Shown piece after piece: positions 55,801-64,000 of a stretch of 64,000 bases of DNA. The stretch is from positions 249,426,001 through 249,490,000 of the forward strand of contig OZ024741.1 in NCBI GenBank assembly GCA_964016885.1. The letters are read 5' to 3'. The first letter of the stretch is position 1, and each line of letters begins with the position of its first letter. The DNA is from Eledone cirrhosa. Its lineage: Eukaryota. The position numbers were made by a program, and so were the translations under genes. The notes under the pieces were generated by a model, which was not told where the DNA came from, ran no database searches, and was given only the letters and a program-made list of their open reading frames with translations.

Positions 55801-58800
55801 TTTGTAAAAAAAAAATCAGGGGGAGATAATTTGTAAAAAAATCAGGGGGAGATAATTTGTAAAAAAAAAATCAGGGGGAGATAATTTGTAAAAAAAATCA
55901 GGGGGAGATAATTTGTAAAAAAAATCAGGGGTAGATAATTTGTAAAAAAAATCAGGGGGAGATAATTTGTAACAAAAATCAGGAGGAGATAATTTGTAAA
56001 AAAAATCAGGGGTAGATAATTTTCAGCCGTCCAAGGGGAGATAATTTCCATCCTTCCAAGGGGAGATAATTTCCAGCCGTCCAAGGGGAGATAATTTCCC
56101 GCCTGCCAAGGAGAGATAACATTTAAAAAAATCAGGCGGAGATAATTTGTAAAAAAATCAGGGGTAGATAATTTGTAAAAAAAAATCAGGGGGAGATAAT
56201 TTGTAAAAAAAATCAGGGGGAGATAATTTGTAAAAAAAAAATCAGGGGGTGATAATTTGTAAAAAAATCAAGGGGAGATAATTTCCAGCCGTCCAAGGGG
56301 AGATAATTTTCAGCCGTCCAAGGAGAGGTAATTTCTAGCCGTCCAACGGGAGATAATTTCCAGCCAGCCAAGGGGAGATAATTTGTAAAAAAATCAGGGG
56401 TAGATAATTTGTAAAAAAAAATCAGGGGGAGATAATTTGTAAAAAAAATCAGGGGGAGATAATTTGTAAAAAAAATCAGGGGTAGATAATTTCCAGCCGT
56501 CCAAGGGGAGATAATTTCCATCCTTCCAAGGGGAGATAATTTCCAGCCGTCCAAGGGGAGATAATTTCCCGCCAGCCAAGGAGAGATAACATTTAAAAAA
56601 ATCAGGCGGAGATAATTTGTAAAAAAAATCAGGGGGAGATAATTTGTAAAAAAATCAGGGGGAGATAATTTGTAAAAAAAATCAGGGGGAGATAATTTGT
56701 AAAAAAAATCAGGGGTAGATAATTTGTAAAAAAAATCAGGGGGAGATAATTTGTAAAAAAAATCAGGGGGAGATAATTTGTAAAAAAAATCAGGGGTAGA
56801 TAATTTCCCGCCAGGGGAGATAATTTCCCGCCAGCCAAGGAGAGATAATATTTAAAAAAATCAGGCGGAGATAATTTGTAAAAAAAATCAGGGGGAGATA
56901 ATTTGTAAAAAAATCAAGGGGAGATAATTTCCAGCCGTCCAAGGGGAGATAATTTTCAGCCGTCCAAGGAGAGGTAATTTCTAGCCGTCCAAGGGGAGAT
57001 AATTTCCAGCCGTCCAAGGGGAGATAATTTTTTTAAAAAAATCAGGCGGAGATAATTTGTAAACAAAAATCAGGGGGAGATAATTTGTAAAAAAAAATCA
57101 GGGGGAGATAATTTGTAAAAAAAAATCAGGGGGAGATAATTTGTAAAAAAAATCAAGGGGAGATAATTTCCAGCCGTCCAAGGGGAGGTAATATCTAGCC
57201 ATCCAAGGGGAGATAATTTCCAGCCGTCCAAGGGGAGATAATTTCCAGCCGTCCAAGGGGAGATAATATCCAGCCGTCCAAGGAGACATATTTTCCAGCC
57301 GTCCAAGGAGACGTAATTTCTAGCCGTCCAAGGGGAGATAAGTTCCAGCCTCCAAGGGGAGATAATTTCCAGCCAGCCAAGGGGAGATAATTTGTAAAAA
57401 AATTAGGGGGAGATAATTTGTAAAAAAAAATTAGGGGGAGATAATTTGTAAAAAAAAATCAGGGGGAGATAATTTGTAAAAAAAAATCAGGGGGAGATAA
57501 TTTGTAAAAAAAATCAAGGGGAGATAATTTCCAGCCGTCCAAGGGGAGATAATTTTCAGCCGTCCAAGGAGAGGTAAATTCTAGCCGTCCAAGGAGATAT
57601 AATTTCCAGCCGTCCAAGGGGAGATAATTTCCAGCCGTCCAAGGGGAGATAATTTTTAAAAAAAAATCAGGCGGAGATAATTTGTAAACAAAAATCAGGG
57701 GGAGATAATTTTTTAAAAAAAATCAGGGGGAGATAATTTGTAAAAAAAAATCAGGGGGAGATAATTTGTAAAAAAAATCAAGGGGAGATAATTTCCAGCC
57801 GTCCAAGGGGAGGTAATATCTAGCCATCCAAGGGGAGATAATTTCCAGCCGTCCAAGGGGAGATAATATCCAGCCGTCCAAGGAGACATATTTTCCAGCC
57901 GTCCAAGGAGAGGTAATTTCTAGCCGTCCAAGGGGAGATAAGTTCCAGCCTCCAAGGGGAGATAATTTCCAGCCAGCCAAGGGGAGATAATTTGTAAAAA
58001 AATCAGGGGGGAGATAATTTGTAAAAAAAATCAGGGGGAGATAATTTGAAAAAAAAATCAGGGGGAGATAATTTGTAAAAAATATCAAGGGGAGATAATT
58101 TCCAGCCCTCCAAGGGGCTATAATTTCCAGCCGTGCAAGGGGAGATAATTTCCAGCCGTCCAAGGGGAGATAATTTCCATCCTTCCAAGGGGAGATAATT
58201 TCCAGCCGTCCAAGGGGAGATAATTTCCCGCCAGCCAAGGGAAGATAATTTTTTTAAAAATCAGGCGGAGATTGTAAAAAAAATCAGGGGGAGATAATTT
58301 GTAAAAAAATCAGGGGGAGATAATTTGTAAAAAAAAATCAGGGGGAGATAATTTGTAAAAAAAATCAGGGGGAGATAATTTGTAAAAAAAATCAGGGGTA
58401 GATAATTTGTAAAAAAAATCAGGGGGAGATAATTTGTAAAAAAAATCAGGGGGAGATAATTTGTAAAAAAAATCAGGGGTAGATAATTTTCAGCCGTCCA
58501 AGGGGAGATAATTTCCATCCTTCCAAGGGGAGATAATTTCCAGCCGTCCAAGGGGAGATAATTTCCCGCCAGCCAAGGAGAGATAACATTTAAAAAAATC
58601 AGGCGGAGATAATTTGTAAAAAAATCAGGGGGAGATAATTTGTAAAAAAAATCAGGGGTAGATAATTTCCAGCCGTCCAAGGGGAGATAATTTCCATCCT
58701 TCCAAGGGGAGATAATTTCCAGCCGTCCAAGGGGAGATAATTTCCCGCCAGCCAAGGAGAGATAATATTTAAAAAAATCAGGCGGAGATAATTTGTAAAA

Positions 58801-61800
58801 AAAATCAGGGGGAGATAATTTGTAAAAAAAAATCAGGGGGAGATAATTTGTAAAAAAAAATCAGGGGGAGATAATTTGTAAAAAAAATCAAGGGGAGATA
58901 ATTTGTAAAAAAAAATCAGGGGTAGATAATTTGTAAAAAAAAATCAGGGGGAGATAATTTGTAAAAAAAAAATCAAGGGGAGATAATTTCCAGCCGTCCA
59001 AGGGGAGATAATTTTCAGCCGTCCAAGGAGAGGTAATTTCTAGCCGTCCAAGGGGAGATAATTTCCAGCCAGCCAAGGGGAGATAATTTGTAAAAAAATC
59101 AGGGGTAGATAATTTGTAAAAAAAAATCAGGGGGAGATAATTTGTAAAAAAAATCAGGGGGAGATAATTTGTAAAAAAAATCAGGGGTAGATAATTTCCA
59201 GCCGTCCAAGGGGAGATAATTTCCATCCTTCCAAGGGGAGATAATTTCCAGCCGTCCAAGGGGAGATAATTTCCCGCCAGCCAAGGAGAGATAACATTTA
59301 AAAAAATCAGGCGGAGATAATTTGTAAAAAAAATCAGGGGGAGATAATTTGTAAAAAAATCAGGAGGAGATAATTTGTAAAAAAAATCAGGGGTAGATAA
59401 TTTCCAGCCGTCCAAGGGGAGATAATTTCCATCCTTCCAAGGGGAGATAATTTCCAGCCGTCCAAGGGGAGATAATTTCCCGCCAGCCAAGGAGAGATAA
59501 TATTTAAAAAAATCAGGCGGAGATAATTTGTAAAAAAAATCAGGGGGAGATAATTTGTAAAAAAATCAGGGGGAGATAATTTGTAAAAAAAAATCAGGGG
59601 AGATAATTTGTAAAAAAAATCAGGGGGAGATAATTTGTAAAAAAAAATCAGGGGTAGATAATTTGTAAAAAAAAATCAGGGGGAGATAATTTGTAAAAAA
59701 AAAATCAGGGGGAGATAATTTGTAAAAAAATCAAGGGGAGATAATTTCCAGCCGTCCAAAGGGAGATAATTTTCAGCCGTCCAAGGAGGTAATTTCTAGC
59801 CGTCCAAGGGGAGATAATTTCCAGCCGTCCAAGGGGAGATAATTTTTTTAAAAAAATCAGGCGGAGATAATTTGTAAACAAAAATCAGGGGGAGATAATT
59901 TGTAAAAAAAAATCAGGTGGAGATAATTTGTAAAAAAAAATCAGGGGGAGATAATTTGTAAAAAAAATCAAGGGGAGATAATTTCCAGCCGTCCAAGGGG
60001 AGGTAATATCTAGCCATCCAAGGGGAGATAATTTCCAGCCGTCCAAGGGGAGATAATTTCCAGCCGTCCAAGGGGAGATAATATCCAGCCGTCCAAGGAG
60101 ACATATTTTCCAGCCGTCCAAGGAGACGTAATTTCTAGCCGTCCAAGGGGAGCTAAGTTCCAGCCTCCAAGGGGAGATAATTTCCAGCCAGCCAAGGGGA
60201 GATAATTTGTAAAAAAATTAGGGGGAGATAATTTGTAAAAAAAAATTAGGGGGAGTTAATTTGTAAAAAAAAATCAGGGGGAGATAATTTGTAAAAAAAA
60301 ATCAGGGGGAGATAATTTGTAAAAAAAATCAAGGGGAGATAATTTCCAGCCGTCCAAGGGGAGATAATTTTCAGCCGTCCAAGGAGAGGTAAATTCTAGC
60401 CGTCCAAGGAGATATAATTTCCAGCCGTCCAAGGGGAGATAATTTCCAGCCGTCCAATGGGAGATAATTTTTAAAAAAAAATCAGGCGGAGATAATTTGT
60501 AAACAAAAATCAGGGGGAGATAATTTTTTAAAAAAAATCAGGGGGAGATAATTTGTAAAAAAAAATCAGGGGGAGATAATTTGTAAAAAAAATCAAGGGG
60601 AGATAATTTCCAGCCGTCCAAGGGGAGGTAATATCTAGCCATCCAAGGGGAGATAATTTCCAGCCGTCCAAGGTGAGATAATATCCAGCCGTCCAAGGAG
60701 ACATATTTTCCAGCCGTCCAAGGAGAGGTAATTTCTAGCCGTCCAAGGGGAGATAAGTTCCAGCCTCCAAGGGGAGATAATTTCCAGCCAGCCAAGGGGA
60801 GATAATTTGTAAAAAAATCAGGGGGGAGATAATTTGTAAAAAAAATCAGGGGGAGATAATTTGAAAAAAAAATCAGGGGGAGATAATTTGTAAAAAATAT
60901 CAAGGGGAGATAATTTCCAGCCCTCCAAGGGGCTATAATTTCCAGCCGTGCAAGGGGAGATAATTTCCAGCCGTCCAAGGGGAGATAATTTCCATCCTTC
61001 CAAGGGGAGATAATTTCCAGCCGTCCAAGGGGAGATAATTTCCCGCCAGCCAAGGGAAGATAATTTTTTTAAAAATCAGGCGGAGATTGTAAAAAAAATC
61101 AGGGGGAGATAATTTGTAAAAAAATCAGGGGGAGATAATTTGTAAAAAAAAAATCAGGGGGAGATAATTTGTAAAAAAAAATCAGGGGGAGATAATTTGT
61201 AAAAAAAATCAGGGGGAGATAATTTGTAAAAAAAATCAGGGGTAGATAATTTGTAAAAAAAATCAGGGGGAGATAATTTGTAAAAAAAATCAGGGGGAGA
61301 TAATTTGTAAAAAAAATCAGGGGTAGATAATTTTCAGCCGTCCAAGGGGAGATAATTTCCATCCTTCCAAGGGGAGATAATTTCCAGCCGTCCAAGGGGA
61401 GATAATTTCCCGCCAGCCAAGGAGAGATAACATTTAAAAAAATCAGGCGGAGATAATTTGTAAAAAAATCAGGGGGAGATAATTTGTAAAAAAAATCAGG
61501 GGTAGATAATTTCCAGCCGTCCAAGGGGAGATAATTTCCATCCTTCCAAGGGGAGATAATTTCCAGCCGTCCAAGGGGAGATAATTTCCCGCCAGCCAAG
61601 GAGAGATAATATTTAAAAAAATCAGGCGGAGATAATTTGTAAAAAAAATCAGGGGGAGATAATTTGTAAAAAAAAATCAGGGGGAGATAATTTGTAAAAA
61701 AAAATCAGGGGGAGATAATTTGTAAAAAAAATCAAGGGGAGATAATTTGTAAAAAAAAATCAGGGGTAGATAATTTGTAAAAAAAAATCAGGGGGAGATA

Positions 61801-62059
61801 ATTTGTAAAAAAAAAATCAAGGGGAGATAATTTCCAGCCGTCCAAGGGGAGATAATTTTCAGCCGTCCAAGGAGAGGTAATTTCTAGCCGTCCAAGGGGA
61901 GATAATTTCCAGCCAGCCAAGGGGAGATAATTTGTAAAAAAATCAGGGGTAGATAATTTGTAAAAAAAAATCAGGGGGAGATAATTTGTAAAAAAAATCA
62001 GGGGGAGATAATTTGTAAAAAAAATCAGGGGTAGATAATTTCCAGCCGTCCAAGGGGAG

Positions 62060-64000
62060 ATAATTTCCATCCTTCCAAGGGGAGATAATTTCCAGCCGTC
62101 CAAGGGGAGATAATTTCCCGCCAGCCAAGGAGAGATAACATTTAAAAAAATCAGGCGGAGATAATTTGTAAAAAAAATCAGGGGGAGATAATTTGTAAAA
62201 AAATCAGGGGGAGATAATTTGTAAAAAAAATCAGGGGTAGATAATTTCCAGCCGTCCAAGGGGAGATAATTTCCATCCTTCCAAGGGGAGATAATTTCCA
62301 GCCGTCCAAGGGGAGATAATTTCCCGCCAGCCAAGGAGAGATAATATTTAAAAAAATCAGGCGGAGATAATTTGTAAAAAAAATCAGGGGGAGATAATTT
62401 GTAAAAAAATCAGGGGGAGACAATTTGTAAAAAAAAATCAGGGGGAGATAATTTGTAAAAAAATCAGGGGGAGATAATTTGTAAAAAAAATCAGGGGTAG
62501 ATAATTTGTAAAAAAAAATCAGGGGGAGATAATTTGTAAAAAAAAAATCAGGGGGAGATAATTTGTAAAAAAATCAAGGGGAGATAATTTCCAGCCGTCC
62601 AAGGGGAGATAATTTTCAGCCGTCCAAGGAGAGGTAATTTCTAGCCGTCCAAGGGGAGATAATTTCCAGCCGTCCAAGGGGAGATAATTTTTTTAAAAAA
62701 ATCAGGCGGAGATAATTTGTAAACAAAAATCAGGGGGAGATAATTTGTAAAAAAAAATCAGGGGGAGATAATTTGTTAAAAAAAATCAGGGGGAGATAAT
62801 TTGTAAAAAAAATCAAGGGGAGATAATTTCCAGCCGTCCAAGGGGAGGTAATATCTAGCCATCCAAGGGGAGATAATTTCCAGCCGTCCAAGGGGAGATA
62901 ATTTCCAGCCGTCCAAGGGGAGATAATATCCAGCCGTCCAAGGAGACATATTTTCCAGCCGTCCAAGGAGAGGTAATTTCTAGCCGTCCAAGGGGAGATA
63001 AGTTCCTGCCTCCAAGGGGAGATAATTTCCAGCCAGCCAAGGGGAGATAATTTGTAAAAAAATCAGGGGGAGATAATTTGTAAAAAAAAAATCAGGGGGA
63101 GATAATTTGTAAAAAAATCAGGGGGAGATAATTTGTAAAAAAAAAATCAGGGGGAGATAATTTGTAAAAAAAATCAGGGGGAGATAATTTGTAGAAAAAA
63201 TCAGGGGTAGATAATTTGTAAAAAAAATCAGGGGGAGATAATTTGTAAAAAAAATCAGGGGGAGATAATTTGTAAAAAAAATCAGGGGTAGATAATTTTC
63301 AGCCGTCCAAGGGGAGATAATTTCCATCCTTCCAAGGGGAGATAATTTCCAGCCGTCCAAGGGGAGATAATTTCCCGCCAGCCAAGGAGAGATAACATTT
63401 AAAAAAATCAGGCGGAGATAATTTGTAAAAAAAATCAGGGGGAGATAATTTGTAAAAAAATCAGGGGGAGATAATTTGTAAAAAAAATCAGGGGTAGATA
63501 ATTTCCAGCCGTCCAAGGGGAGATAATTTCCATCCTTCCAAGGGGAGATAATTTCCAGCCGTCCAAGGGGAGATAATTTCCCGCCAGCCAAGGAGAGATA
63601 ATATTTAAAAAAATCAGGCGGAGATAATTTGTAAAAAAAATCAGGGGGAGATAATTTGTAAAAAAATCAGGGGGAGATAATTTGTAAAAAAAAATCAGGG
63701 GGAGATAATTTGTAAAAAAAATCAGGGGGAGATAATTTGTAAAAAAAATCAGGGGTAGATAATTTGTAAAAAAAAATCAGGGGGAGATAATTTGTAAAAA
63801 AAAAATCAGGGGAGATAATTTGTAAAAAAATCAAGGTGAGATAATTTCCAGCCGTCCAAGGGGAGATAATTTTCAGCCTTCCAAGGAGAGGTAATTTCTA
63901 GCCGTCCAAGGGGAGATAATTTCCAGCCGTCCAAGGGGAGATAATTTTTTTAAAAAAATCAGGCGGAGATAATTTGTAAACAAAAATCAGGGGGAGATAA
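62060..64000 (+). repeat. Copy of ~53530-55470 at 8533-bp offset, running off the window end
   Basis: ORF offsets 53644/62178 (8534), 54197/62730 and 54585/63118 (8533). Shared markers gagacaat, ttgttaaa, agttcctgcc and cagccttcc. Confidence 0.85.

Larger units (their letters stand above)
1..64000 (+). repeat. Complex two-monomer satellite DNA array (25-bp A and 26-29-bp B monomers sharing core GGGGAGATAATTT); extends beyond both window ends
   Basis: Every line consists of AAGGGGAGATAATTTCCAGCCGTCC or AGGGGGAGATAATTTGT(A)nTC variants, head-to-tail. No inversion or foreign insertion was seen. About 2,400 monomers, estimated as 64000/~26.5. Confidence 0.99.

Noticed and set aside
325-63591. 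The many minus-strand ORFs of 60-209 aa in the track
   Set aside because: They are overlapping translations of the same two monomers in several frames and start at TTG-type alternative codons (e.g. TTG GAC read as MD). The 25-bp period and variable A-tracts do not preserve frame, and there is no domain-like content.
1-64000. CRISPR-like constant repeat plus spacer arrangement
   Set aside because: The constant part is only 13 bp, the 'spacers' are two recurring 12-16-bp linkers rather than unique sequences, and there are no cas genes or leader.
1-64000. G-quadruplex potential from G4-G5 runs in almost every monomer
   Set aside because: Loops between G runs are ~21-24 nt, well beyond canonical stable intramolecular G4 loop lengths, so the sequence alone does not support it.
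1-64000. Bacterial signals: Shine-Dalgarno-like GGAG, -10-like GATAAT, iteron arrays, T-run terminators
   Set aside because: There are no downstream genes, rep gene or GC hairpins. The motifs are simply parts of the monomer.
1-64000. Whole array as a sequencing or assembly artefact, or synthetic DNA
   Set aside because: Nested, hierarchically shared SNPs and chimaeric junctions fit natural satellite evolution. Individual near-identical duplications such as the 7094-bp one still need read support.
1-64000. Embedded transposon, inversion or unique island
   Set aside because: None seen when reading through. I did not notice the reverse-orientation core (AAATTATCTCCCC) on the + strand, and the ORF track shows no non-repeat peptide.

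Overview
The whole 64 kb window is one uninterrupted, single-orientation complex satellite array. I found no genes, RNA genes, transposons, CRISPR array or unique sequence. It is built from two short monomers that share the 13-bp core GGGGAGATAATTT. Monomer A is AAGGGGAGATAATTTCCAGCCGTCC (25 bp, about 52% GC). Monomer B is AGGGGGAGATAATTTGT(A)7-10TC (26-29 bp, A-tract). Runs of A units form a small set of fixed, SNP-marked blocks, which I label P (4 units), Q (9), R and R' (4 each), S (5), T (6) and U (4); runs of B units separate them. The blocks assemble into nested higher-order repeats: 206 bp, ~625 bp, ~1.23-1.26 kb, then recurrences at offsets of 1871, ~2.8 kb, 3577/3600, 5213, 7094 and 8533 bp, and an apparent ~26-27 kb macro-unit present about twice. 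All ORFs in the track are minus-strand translation artefacts of the repeat. The array most resembles eukaryotic heterochromatic, centromeric or subtelomeric satellite, but I cannot identify the organism or family from the sequence. Offsets come from the ORF track and from marker SNPs read by eye, not from an alignment, so duplication boundaries are approximate unless stated otherwise.
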